Shown piece by piece: positions 1 to 10,256 of a stretch of DNA of 64,000 bases (positions are counted from its first letter, which is position 1; each line of letters begins with the position of its first letter). Under the pieces are notes generated by a model. The model worked only from the letters and a program-made list of their open reading frames with translations, made no database searches and was not told where the DNA came from. The DNA is from Minisyncoccota bacterium (lineage in GTDB: Bacteria; Patescibacteriota; Minisyncoccia; Phycocordibacterales; JAACPR01): the NCBI GenBank assembly GCA_041674225.1, contig JBAYWG010000001.1:254667-318666 (forward strand), given 5' to 3'. The translations under genes were made by a program, and so were the position numbers.

Positions 1-1122
1 TTCGCATTACGTCTCTATGTGCAGCGCGAGCATATCTCCGCATACTCATTAAAATTCCAAGACCAGCAAAAGTCACGACCAGATGTGAACCTCCGTAACT
101 CATAAAAGGAATTGTTAGACCTGTCACTGGCATCAAACCAATATTCATTCCCACATGCACCACAAAGTGACTCATAAAAAGCACAGCTAAACCAATTCCA
201 AAAAGAGTTTCAAAGTTGGTGGCGCCACAAAGTGCATTGCTAATAATTCTCCAAATAACAATTCCAAATAGCAAAAATAAAATTAGCACTCCAACAAATC
301 CCCATTCTTCGGCAAATGCCGCAAAAATAAAGTCTGTTTGATATTCTGGCAAAAATGCTAAACGAGATTGAGTTCCATATCCAACTCCTTTTCCGATAAA
401 TTCTCCGGAACCCACAGCAATAGTTGATTGATATGCATTGTAACCAGTTCCTTGAACATCTTGCAAAGGATCTAGGAAAGTCATAATCCTAGCCTTCTGA
501 TATGGCTGAAGCATGCTAGTCCACATAAACATAAAAGCCAAAGCCCCTAACACAATCACAGCCAGCAAATGTTTTTTTGAAAGACCTGAAACCAAAATCA
601 TTCCAAACCAAATAAAAAATATAATCAAAGCAGAACCAAAATCTGGCTGAACCAAAACCAATACAAACAAAATAAAAGCGTAAGCTCCAGAAACAATAAT
701 ATGTTTTATATTTCTAATTTCTACATGTCTTCTGGAAAAATATTTTGCTAGGAGCAGAATTAAAACAAGCTTCACAACTTCTGCTGGCTGCACATTGAAC
801 AATCCGAAATTCAACCAACTTTGTGCACCTTTTGAAATTGTTCCGATAAAAAATAGCGAGCTCAAAACAACTAAAGATATACCAAAAATCCACACGATAA
901 CTTGTGTTCGTCTGAGAAATTTAAAATCAATCAAACTAAAAATAAAAAATATTCCAAAAGAAATAATCAACCACACTACTTGCCTATCAAAAAAAATACT
1001 ATTCCCGCCTAAAGATGACATCGTAACCAAACCTGCAAGTGAAAGCAAAAACATTGCAGAAACTAAAATCCAATCTATCCCACCGATTATTCTCTGAAAA
1101 ATATTAGTTACTGCTTCTGTCA
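1..1122 (-). CDS. SEDS-family peptidoglycan glycosyltransferase (FtsW/RodA), C-terminus beyond window start
   Basis: Reverse-strand translation from ATG at 1122 gives a multi-TM protein (MTEAVTNIFQRIIGGIDWILVSAM...) with FtsW/RodA-like loops (GSGEFIGKGVGYGTQSRLAFLPE, LTIPFMSYGGSHLV); runs off the window edge; absent from the ORF track because partial. Confidence 0.75.
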
Positions 1123-1895
1123 TAAACTGGTATCAATTCAAATCTTGAAAAATCTGATTCAAATGGTTTCGGCCAAACGAAAAATGCTTCTGTGTTAGTG
1201 TTTGGAAAAGATTCTTTAAACAAAGTACTAGAAGCTCCAATTGCGTTGTTTTGTGAATCGTAAACTATAGCAACAACTCTCAAATTTTTAATCACCTCCA
1301 CACCAGTGTTTCTTATAATGGCTCGAATCCTCGGACTATCTTCTAGTCTTGTGATTTGTTCATCTTGCACTGCCACCAGAGATTCTTCAGGAGTTTTTTT
1401 GTGCCAAACTAGTTCTTCAGAAAATTCAAAAGAAACTCTGTTCGCGTCTAGTTTTCCAACAGGTAAAGTATTTTCCAAAATCGGAATTATACTTTTAGGA
1501 GGAATTGAAGTAAACCCTCGTCTTTCTTGAAGTAAAACATTTTCATTATCAAAAACTTTAAACTTATACGAAATATTTCGCACTTCGGCATTTGGATTTG
1601 GATTTTCAACATATGCTAAAACATTATAAATTCCTGGTGCAACTTCGAAAACTCTAGTCCAACGAATGATGGGGCTTAGAACTTGTGATGAACACATCAA
1701 AGAACATGATCCTCCGCAATCGATGTTTACTTCATCACCATTCCATTTTTTATCAAAACAATTTGGCTGTTCATAAAGTGCATCAAAAAGTAAATATGCA
1801 ACAATAAGAAAAATTATTGAGAAGAAAGTAAAAACAATTGTATTTCTTCTGTGTGTTCCCCATGACATGAAATTTATTATAGCAAATAAAAACAA
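1104..1895 (-). CDS. hypothetical membrane-anchored protein
   Basis: 263-aa ORF with N-terminal TM helix; no recognisable family; overlaps the FtsW/RodA start by 19 bp. Confidence 0.5.
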   Translation of the reverse strand: MFLFAIINFMSWGTHRRNTIVFTFFSIIFLIVAYLLFDALYEQPNCFDKKWNGDEVNIDCGGSCSLMCSSQVLSPIIRWTRVFEVAPGIYNVLAYVENPNPNAEVRNISYKFKVFDNENVLLQERRGFTSIPPKSIIPILENTLPVGKLDANRVSFEFSEELVWHKKTPEESLVAVQDEQITRLEDSPRIRAIIRNTGVEVIKNLRVVAIVYDSQNNAIGASSTLFKESFPNTNTEAFFVWPKPFESDFSRFELIPVYDRSSN

Positions 1896-1927
1896 AAAGC
1901 CGCGGACAAAGTCCGCGGCTTTTTGTT
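1893..1927. terminator. rho-independent terminator hairpin, bidirectional (gccgcggac-aaa-gtccgcggc with A-run and T-run flanks)
   Basis: 9-bp GC-rich perfect stem flanked by A5 and T5; identical 21-nt hairpin recurs at 50427-50449. Confidence 0.6.
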
Positions 1928-1939
1928 TTGAATGTATAT

Positions 1940-2057
1940 CCTCTGAACTGGCGACTAGCTACTTTCCCCTTACGAGTATCATCGCCTCTACTGAGCTTAA
2001 CTGCCGTGTTCGGAATGAGAACGGGTGTGTCCCCAGCGACGAGTCACCAGATCAGAA
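1940..2057 (-). rRNA. rrf: 5S rRNA
   Basis: Reverse complement reads UCUGGUGACUCGUCGCUGGGGACACACCCGUUCUCAUUCCGAACACGGCAGUUAAGCUCAGUAGAGGCGAUGAUACUCGUAAGGGGAAAG...GUCGCCAG; helix I termini pair. Confidence 0.8.
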
Positions 2058-2461
2058 GATATACATCTTCTATTTTATTATATGACTATTGAAGAAAAAA
2101 TGTGTTTTTGTGGTAAAAATTTTATGCATTGCAACCAGTTTGAATGTATCAAAGCGACTTTCAGCATTCCGAACGGGAGTTTGAGCAATTAGTACACCTC
2201 AGCTGAACGTGTTGCCACGCTTATACTTGGTGCCTATCAACCTAATCATCTCTTAGGGCTCTCAAAAGATTTCTAATCTTGAGGTAGGCTTCCTGCTTAG
2301 ATGCTTTCAGCAGTTATCCCTTCCCGACATAGCTACCCGACGATGCCATTGGCATGACAGCCGGTACACCAGAGGTCAGTCCACTCCGGTCCTCTCGTAC
2401 TAGGAGCAGCTCCTCTCAAAAATCAACGCCTACAGCGGATAGAGAACCAACCTGTCTCACG

Positions 2462-2790
2462 CACCTTGCTCACCTATTACTAGGTGGATTGGACTATACT
2501 TTCTTCCCTAAGGAAGGCTGACATGTAGTCTCTACGGGTACATATTGATATGTTTCCCTCGGAATCGTCCTCGCTTAATAGCGATAGGATTTTCCCGATA
2601 TCAGTCAACTAATTCTTGTGTATCACTACACAAAACCGCCGTGATGTTGGTTCTATATTTTGGGACAGAAAGACAAAAATAATTCTTCTCGATAACCCTC
2701 GAAGGGATTCAGATTGATTCACACTTCAAGTTTTTTGTTTCTATATGTTTGACATCTTGGTCAGCACACATTCACACTCTTCAAGTGTGA
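2462..2790 (-). ncRNA. putative ORF-less group I intron in 23S at E. coli position L2593 (I-CreI homing site)
   Basis: 329-nt insertion exactly between ...GGGUUCAGACCGU and CGUGAGACAGGU; 5' exon ends in U and intron ends in G; contains R-like (GAGACUAca) and S-like (GUAUAGUCC) group I core elements. Confidence 0.55.
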
Positions 2791-3451
2791 ACGGTCTGAA
2801 CCCAGCTCGCGTATCTTTTTAATTGGCGAACAGCCAAACCCTTGGGACCTTCTTCAGCCCCAGGATAAGATGAGCCGACATCGAGGTGCCGAACACCGCC
2901 GTCGCTATGGACGCTTAGGCGGTACCAGCCTGTTATCCCCAGGGTAACTTTTATCCGTTGAGCTTCCTCCGCATCTAAAGCGAAAGGTCGGATCGCTATG
3001 CTCCACTTTCGTGTCTGCTCGGCATGTACGCCTTGCAGTTAAGCTCTCTTATGCCATTACACTATCGGCACGGTTTCCATTCGCGCCTAGAGAACCTTTA
3101 GGCCCCTCCGTTACAATTTAGGAGGGTAGCGCCCCACTAAAACTACCCACCAGATACTGTTCCCCGACGTTTTTGCCGTCGAGGTTAGACTATATATTCT
3201 CAAAGGATGGTATTTCACTGTCGACTCCATATCAACCGAAATCAATACTTCAAAGTCTCCCATCTATTCTGCGCAGAGAGAACATATACCCAATATCAAG
3301 CTGCAGTAAAGCTCCTGGGGTCTTTCTGTCCTGCTGTAGGTAGCCGGCATCTTCACCGGCATCGCATTTTCACCGAGCAAGTCCCCGAGACAGTTTCCCA
3401 GTCGTTACGCCATTCGTGCGCGTCTGAACTTACCAGACAAGGAATTTCGCT

Positions 3452-3752
3452 CTCTCGTGTTAACTCTATGTCGCCATAGAGGACGGACTCTATTTTACTT
3501 GATTTTACTCAAGCACTAGCATTTGGTCTCTGAGGATTCTAAAAATATTTTCATAAATTTAGTCTTTCCTGCTGATTGTCCGCACTCTAAAATTTTCACT
3601 GATTAAATAAATTTAATCTAGTATTTAAAGATACTCGGAGTTTCCAGCATATGGCTAGTTTTAAAAAGGCAGTTACTATTCTTTGTAACATGCTGTCTAT
3701 CACACCTTTATAACAGCCCCAATTCTTGGTAACACAATAAATTATGCTACCA
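3452..3752 (-). ncRNA. putative ORF-less group I intron in 23S at E. coli position L1931
   Basis: 301-nt insertion between ...GGUCCUAAGGU and AGCGAAAUUCC; 5' exon ends in U and intron ends in G; contains R-like (GGAAAGACUAAAU) and S-like (AUAGAGUCC) elements. Confidence 0.55.
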
Positions 3753-3787
<35 letters not shown>

Positions 3788-5226
3788 CGGGGCTTATATC
3801 GGTCAGCACTAAACACTCTACGCACGATTATGATTCAAAAATTTGAATCATGCGCACAGTGTTTAGCACCGCCAATATTTAACCTTCCGGCATTGGTCAG
3901 GCGTCACCCCCTATACATCCTCTTACGAGTTAGCAGGGAGCTGTGTTTTTGATAAACAGTCGCCAGGAATCTTTAGCTGCGGCCCACTTGCGTGGGCAGA
4001 CCTTATACCTAGGGTACGGTCGCTGTTTTGCCGAGTTCCTTGGGGACCCCTCACTCGTTCGCCTTGGTCTTCTCGACCTGACTACCTGTGTCGGTTTGCG
4101 GTACGGTCTCATTATGCTTAACCTTAGAAGCTTTTCTTGGAAGGCTCTTCGCTTAAGTTTGATGGCCTAAGCCACCATTCAGCCGACACCGAGTCTAACA
4201 TGAGCGGATTTGCCTACTCAATAACTCTAGTGCTAGCAACGTAAATCCAGTAATACGCTTAAACTTGTGTCCTCCGTCCCTCCATCGGAACATAATGAGG
4301 TGATGGAATATTAACCATCTGTCCATCGGATTCGACTTTCGTCATCTCCTTAGGCCCGACTAACCCTTCGCTGATTAACATTGCAAAGGAAACCTTAGTC
4401 TTTCGGCGTGCAGGAATCTCACCTGCATTGCGGTTACTTGTGCCAACATTCTTACTTCCACACGCTCCACGATGGGTCACCCCTTTCGCTTCAACGCAGA
4501 GTGGAATACTCTCCTACCAATCCACATGTGCGAACACACGTAAATTCCTCGTTTTCGGTAATACACTTAGCCCCGATCATTTGTGGCGCGTCATCTCTGA
4601 GCGAGTGAGCTGTTACGCTATCTTTAAAGGATGGCTGCTTCTAAGCCAACCTCCTCGGTGTCTCTGAAATGTCACAACCTTTCTTGCACTTAGTGTATAT
4701 TTTGGGACCTTAAACGGAGATCTGGGCTGTTTCCCTTTTGACCGACGGAGCTTAGCCCCCGTGGTCTAACTGCCATGCTCTTAATCTCTGGTATTCGGAG
4801 TTTGATAGGTCTAACGAGATTGCTCCCTGTTTAGACCTTCCAGTGCTCTACCCCCAGAAGGAACACATGACGCCAACCCAAAAGCTGTTTCGGAGAGAAC
4901 CAGCTATTACCAAGCTCGATTAGCTTTTCACTTCCTACCACAAGTCATCCGAAGGAGTTGAACTACCTACCGGTTCGGGCCTCCATTTATGTTTCCATAA
5001 ACTTCACCCTGCTCATAGCAAGCTCGCTTGGTTTCGGGTCTTATACGTACTACTAACGCGCTATTCACACTCGGTTTCCCTACAGCTCCAACCGACTAAG
5101 GTCTTAGCTTGCAGTACATATAAACTCGTTGGCTCATTCTTCAATAGGCACACCGTCACGGATCAAGTCCGCTCCGATTCCTTGTAGGCATATGGTTTCA
5201 GGTCTATTTCAACGCCCTTGTCGGGC

Positions 5227-5268
<42 letters not shown>

Positions 5269-5933
5269 TTCTAATATATTTAGCCTTGCCAGTTAGTTCT
5301 GGCGGATTCACCCGAGGTATTCGTGTCTCGGGCTACTCAAGAACAAACACAAGAGAGATTAAATTTTTTCGTATACGGGACCATTACCCTCTGGGGTACA
5401 ACTTTCCAGTTGTTTCTACTAAAATTTAATTTTGTAACTCTCCTCGTGAAGAAGTGTTTGTCTTACAACCCCAATCATACAAGTACGATTGGTTTGGGCT
5501 TTTCCCCTTTCGCTCGCCGCTATTGAGGGAATCAATATTTTTTTCTATTCCTCCAGGTACTGAGATGTTTCACTTCCCTGGGTAAGCATTACAAGTCAAG
5601 CTCGTAACGACCTATAAAAGGTCGGGTTTCCCCATTCAGAAATCTCCGGATCAAAGGTTGCTAGGCACCTCCCCGAAGCTTATCGCAGCTTTACCACGTC
5701 TTTCATCGCTATTAGAAGCCTAGGCATCCACCATACGCCCTTAGCACTCCCGTCAGGAATGCTAAAAACCGCTTTTTCTACATTTTTTGGTTCAATGCAA
5801 TTTCTACCTACATTTTTTCTTCAATTGTCGAAGATCTCATCGAACCCTCTTCCGGTTCGGCCTCACCATTCTGAACCGAAGTTCAAAATGACGAGGTCGA
5901 ATCACAAGTCACTTTTGTCTATATTTTATTTTT

Positions 5934-5956
5934 AAAAAAAGCCGCTTTTGGCGGCT
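5934..5956 (-). terminator. rho-independent terminator downstream of the GT2 gene
   Basis: gccgcc-aaaa-gcggc stem followed by a T7 run on the minus strand. Confidence 0.55.
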
Positions 5957-6030
5957 TGGGTGAGTGTCTGAAAAAACACTAACTAACCAAGCCGTTTGTT
6001 ACTTTTTTTACCTCTCAACATGTGAGCACG

Positions 6031-6059
6031 AGTATATAAAATTGCTTCAGATAAGTCAA
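6031..6059 (-). promoter_or_regulatory. candidate sigma70 promoter (TTGACT-17-TATACT) facing the 23S-5S genes
   Basis: Perfect spacing and near-consensus hexamers on the minus strand about 270 nt upstream of the 23S 5' end; caveat: the terminator-like hairpin at 5934-5956 lies between it and the rRNA. Confidence 0.3.
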
Positions 6060-6077
6060 CTAAATCTGGGGGTTGTT

Positions 6078-6845
6078 CTATATTATAGATTTGATTAATC
6101 GGAGCTTATTTTTAAGGCTCGCTTTTAGGGAGTGTGGATAGTGGTTTTTATGGTCATTTATTATCTGTCCGAGTGTTCTTACACCCTTTATTTTCCTCGT
6201 TTGAGAGATATTTGTGCCGTGTTTTTTATAAGCTGTGTAGATTTTAGGAAGGTTGGCAAATTTAAAGTTACGCCCTATATCTAACCACGCTGCAAGGTCT
6301 TCCCAAATGAAGTATTTCTCGTTATATGTGGGTAACGAATCTTTTCTAAATAAAACACTTGAGTGAGTAAACTGATTTTGTAGAAGAATTTTCTCGCGAA
6401 TTGATTCGTCTGTGGTTTCTGGTTTTAGTGTGCTTATTTCTTTATCTTCTGAATCAACTACTTTTGTAAAAGTCCCCACCAGCGCATAATCTGGATTTTG
6501 TTCTAGAAACTCTACTTGTTCAGTGAGCTTGTTTTCGTGTAGCCAGTAGTCATCACTGTCGAGCACTGCAATGTATTTACCCTGAGATTTTTGTAAGCCA
6601 AAGTTTCTGTTTTTTGTGATTCCTATGTTTCCCGCGTTTTTGTAATAAAAAATATTTGGATTTATAGCGGTGAAGTTTTTTACAATCTCTTCTGTATTGT
6701 CGGTAGAATTATCATCCACAATAATTATCTCGATGTTTAGATAATTCTGCGCAAGAGCTGATTCAATCGCCTTTGAAATCAATTTTGCACGATTAAAGGT
6801 ACAAATGTTTATACTAATTAGTGGTTTTTGGGCAATTGAATCCAT
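6078..6845 (-). CDS. family 2 glycosyltransferase (GT-A fold)
   Basis: ISINICTFNRAKLISKAIESALAQNY...IIIVDDNSTDNT...VLDSDDYW motifs; start moved to the internal Met (MDSIAQK). Confidence 0.8.
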   Translation of the reverse strand: MDSIAQKPLISINICTFNRAKLISKAIESALAQNYLNIEIIIVDDNSTDNTEEIVKNFTAINPNIFYYKNAGNIGITKNRNFGLQKSQGKYIAVLDSDDYWLHENKLTEQVEFLEQNPDYALVGTFTKVVDSEDKEISTLKPETTDESIREKILLQNQFTHSSVLFRKDSLPTYNEKYFIWEDLAAWLDIGRNFKFANLPKIYTAYKKHGTNISQTRKIKGVRTLGQIINDHKNHYPHSLKASLKNKLRLIKSII

Positions 6846-7711
6846 GTTTCTGGAATTATATTTTTGTGGGGGCTCGGCCATTGCTGTATCCAAGGAGTGG
6901 GAGCTATCACCAGCTTATCATGATTTTTATTTAGCCATGCTCCCCACCAAGAAAATGTTGAGTTGGATATTATGTTGTGTTTGCATGTGGACATTAGAAT
7001 TAATTCTTCTGGTGCAGATAGATTTTTATCTGAAATAATTTCAGAATTTTCGCTTAAATCAAAGTTTTCAGAAACCCATGCAGGATCGTCTGAGAAAAAG
7101 TAAAAGCTAGGATTTTCTACAGATTCTTTAATCGTGTTGATTGCGTTTTGATAATATTTTAATGAGCAAATTCCATGATATCTCCTAGCACCAGGATTTT
7201 GAACATAATCTCCACGTCGAACATGCACACTTACAGAATGACAATTCTGAATTTCAGTTTGCAAATCTTTAAAGGTTTCAGATTTAAATTCCTCTTTCAA
7301 TGAGAGTTCTTGAAGTAGTATCTCCCGAATTTCCAAAAAGTTCTTTTCACTTTGAAAATATCCTTCAACATATGCACTTTTATTTTTCTTTAATTTGTTC
7401 TCTATTTTTTTTAAAAAACTTGGATGGAAATCTATACGGTATTTAAAAAATATTTTTTGACTGATCTTTCGCATAATATCCGAAATTCTTCCGAATGGAT
7501 TTTTAATCTTTTGAATTTCTTCTATTGAGGCAGGTTTTGCTTGTATATTAAATTTAATTAAATCAAAATCTCGAGATATCTCTTTTTTATGACTAGGAAT
7601 CTGATTCGCATCCAAATATAGGTCGGCACCAGTTTTATAAGCCAAAAATCTTCCAGTCGCATACTCGAACATCTGATTTCCAAGCCCGCCTTTTATTTTG
7701 GTTATGATCAT
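6818..7711 (-). CDS. alpha-1,2-fucosyltransferase (GT11 family)
   Basis: N-terminal IITKIKGGLGNQMFEYATGRFLA motif and HVRRGDY motif, both diagnostic of GT11. Confidence 0.8.
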   Translation of the reverse strand: MIITKIKGGLGNQMFEYATGRFLAYKTGADLYLDANQIPSHKKEISRDFDLIKFNIQAKPASIEEIQKIKNPFGRISDIMRKISQKIFFKYRIDFHPSFLKKIENKLKKNKSAYVEGYFQSEKNFLEIREILLQELSLKEEFKSETFKDLQTEIQNCHSVSVHVRRGDYVQNPGARRYHGICSLKYYQNAINTIKESVENPSFYFFSDDPAWVSENFDLSENSEIISDKNLSAPEELILMSTCKHNIISNSTFSWWGAWLNKNHDKLVIAPTPWIQQWPSPHKNIIPETWIQLPKNH

Positions 7712-7718
7712 AAATTAA

Positions 7719-8447
7719 TTATTTTATAAAATGAAAACAGCCACATGCATATTTCTCTCCTAACAGTAAATTAATATCAGCGTTTCTAATTAGTCCACCA
7801 TCTTTAGAATCTTCAGGTATCAAAGAAAACTCTTTCAATCTCAATTCTGGAAACAGTTTTAAAACTTGATCATATGAATATATTCTGTGAGCGTTCCATT
7901 CTATTCTAGGTTCATCACTAATAGGCGTAACAAACAAAAGCGATCCATCTTTTTCTAAAACTCTAGATAATTCCTTGCAAGCATCAATATCTCCATCTGG
8001 ATTAATCGGGTCACCGTATCTTCCCAGTCCGATGTGTTCAATTGTATGCATACACGAAAGCGATTTAATACTTCCACTTTCAAAAGGTAGACTCATCAGG
8101 TTGCCCGACTTACTTTCTAAATTACTTAAAATCAAATCCGCGGGTCTTAAATCATAGAAATCCACCGGCACAAAAGCAGATACGATTCCAGAAAAATAAA
8201 GACTTGAAGATATATCAATATGTTTTTCCGGTTTGATTTCTGAAATAACTCTTGCAGCCCAAGACGTATGATACACATAATGCCTGTCAAAATTTGTTCC
8301 AATAGTTTTGTCTTTTATTTGAGGATAAAAATCTTTCAGCTTAATTGTAAATCTTTTTTCTTTATCAACTTTTAAAAATGAAAAATAATCTTTCAGAACA
8401 AAAGGAGTTAGTAATGTTTTGATAATTTTTTTTAAAAACTTTTTCAT
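7719..8447 (-). CDS. putative SAM-dependent methyltransferase (DUF268-like)
   Basis: 242-aa protein with a class I methyltransferase-like core (LSCMHTIEHIGLGRYGDPINPDGD); located in the glycan cluster. Confidence 0.45.
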   Translation of the reverse strand: MKKFLKKIIKTLLTPFVLKDYFSFLKVDKEKRFTIKLKDFYPQIKDKTIGTNFDRHYVYHTSWAARVISEIKPEKHIDISSSLYFSGIVSAFVPVDFYDLRPADLILSNLESKSGNLMSLPFESGSIKSLSCMHTIEHIGLGRYGDPINPDGDIDACKELSRVLEKDGSLLFVTPISDEPRIEWNAHRIYSYDQVLKLFPELRLKEFSLIPEDSKDGGLIRNADINLLLGEKYACGCFHFIK

Positions 8448-9172
8448 TGTTTAAATTTATTCAGAAGATTTTTTATATAAATCTTTGAAAATATTTTTCC
8501 GCCTCCGTGTCTTTTACTTATTAAAATCAATTCTTTGTCCATGTCACTCTTATTCTTTGAATTCGATTTTTGGTCTTCTCTGACCATAAAGTTTGATAGC
8601 ACCAAATCTATATATTTACTTGGTTTTTCTTTAATCAATTTAATATATAAATCATATTCCATCCAGTATTCCAAACTATCATCTAGGTATCCAACTTTTC
8701 TAACTAAGTCTAAATCATAAAAAGATGAAGGCTGATAAATTAGGTTACCTGAATTTATTAGTTTGTGAGATGATATGTTTTCAGGTGGTGTGTTAACAAG
8801 TGTACTGGTGTCACTCACAGAATTACATTTTCCATACAATATTGAAATCTCTCCTTTATTTTTTGAAAATTCTTCTGCCACTTTAGATAAAATATTTGGC
8901 TCATAATAATCATCGGCATTTATCCAAGCCACAACATCACCTGTAGCAATTTTAAAGCCTTTGTTTATTGCATCAGACTGACCTTTATCCTTTTCAGAAA
9001 TCCAAAATATTTTATCTCCGTAAGACTTTAATATATCAACAGTTTCATCTCTCGACCCGCCGTCAATTACAATCAACTCTTTGTTTTCGTAATCTTGATC
9101 AATAACGCTATCTATCGTTCTTTTAATATATCGGCCCAGATTATAGCTGGGAATTATTATTGATATTTTCAT
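8444..9172 (-). CDS. family 2 glycosyltransferase
   Basis: MKISIIIPSYNLGRYIKRTIDSVIDQDY...LIVIDGGSRDETV...WINADDYY. Confidence 0.8.
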   Translation of the reverse strand: MKISIIIPSYNLGRYIKRTIDSVIDQDYENKELIVIDGGSRDETVDILKSYGDKIFWISEKDKGQSDAINKGFKIATGDVVAWINADDYYEPNILSKVAEEFSKNKGEISILYGKCNSVSDTSTLVNTPPENISSHKLINSGNLIYQPSSFYDLDLVRKVGYLDDSLEYWMEYDLYIKLIKEKPSKYIDLVLSNFMVREDQKSNSKNKSDMDKELILISKRHGGGKIFSKIYIKNLLNKFKQ

Positions 9173-10251
9173 TATTTAAGTTTATCTAAAATTGCATCAA
9201 TTATTTTTCTTGATGCATCACCAACACCAAATGGATTCTCCCAGATTTTATTAAAATCGATCATTGTTTTAACAGAAGATAATATTTTCTCAGAATCAGC
9301 GCCGGCAAGTATATTTGCTCCAACCTCTATCGTTTCCGGCCTTTCTGTATTGTCCCTTAATGTTACGCAAGGCACCTTAAGAATACATGCCTCTTCTTGT
9401 ATTCCTCCAGAATCAGTCATGATTATTTTTGAATTTTTCTCTAACTGTATAAAATCAAGATAATCAACAGGTTCTATAATAATAATTTTTTCGCATGGTT
9501 TAATTTTAAATTGATCAATCATTTTGATTAATCTAGGGTGTCCTGGCAATAATATAGGCAACTTGGTAAATTCAGATACTTTTTCAAGTCCAACAAAAAT
9601 ACTTCTTAATCGTGATTCATTATCAACGTTTTCTTGTCGATGGATTGTAGATAAAATATATTCACCAGACTTCAGATTTACTCGCTTTAATATATCTGAA
9701 GTCTCTGAAATTTTTGAATGATCAATTAATGCATCTACAACAGTGTTTCCGGAAAGTAATATTTTATCTTCAGAAATTCCTTCATTTTTTAAATTATTAA
9801 TGGCATCAACTGTTGGTGCAAACAATAAACTCGATATGTGATCAACCATCACTCGATTAGTTTCTTCTGGCATTTGTGTGTCAAAAGATCTCAGTCCCGC
9901 TTCAATATGACCTACTGGAATATTTAACTTTACCGCAGCAAGAGCTCCTGCTAGTACACTGTTTGTGTCTCCTTGTACCAAAACAAAATCCGGTTTCTCT
10001 TCTATTAATTTTTCTTCTATGGAAATCAACATTCTTCCGGTTACCTGACCATGCGTTCCAGACCCAACATTTAAATTATGTTTTGGTTTTGGTAATTTCA
10101 AACAATCAAAAAATATCTCATCTAAGTTTTTTGAATAATGCTGATTTGTGTGAATTAGCACAAAATCAATTCCTCTAGACTCAAGTTCCTTGATTGTTGA
10201 AGAGAGTTTTATTATTTCCGGCCTGGTTCCAAATATTATGCAAATTTTCAT
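9172..10251 (-). CDS. wecB: UDP-N-acetylglucosamine 2-epimerase (non-hydrolysing)
   Basis: MKICIIFGTRPEIIKLS...HIEAGLRSFD...HRQENVDN; start placed at the internal Met, which abuts the upstream gene. Confidence 0.85.
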   Translation of the reverse strand: MKICIIFGTRPEIIKLSSTIKELESRGIDFVLIHTNQHYSKNLDEIFFDCLKLPKPKHNLNVGSGTHGQVTGRMLISIEEKLIEEKPDFVLVQGDTNSVLAGALAAVKLNIPVGHIEAGLRSFDTQMPEETNRVMVDHISSLLFAPTVDAINNLKNEGISEDKILLSGNTVVDALIDHSKISETSDILKRVNLKSGEYILSTIHRQENVDNESRLRSIFVGLEKVSEFTKLPILLPGHPRLIKMIDQFKIKPCEKIIIIEPVDYLDFIQLEKNSKIIMTDSGGIQEEACILKVPCVTLRDNTERPETIEVGANILAGADSEKILSSVKTMIDFNKIWENPFGVGDASRKIIDAILDKLK

Positions 10252-10256
10252 ATTTA

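Noticed and set aside
795-1097. 100-aa plus-strand ORF
   Set aside because: Low-complexity translation antisense to a clear FtsW/RodA coding region.
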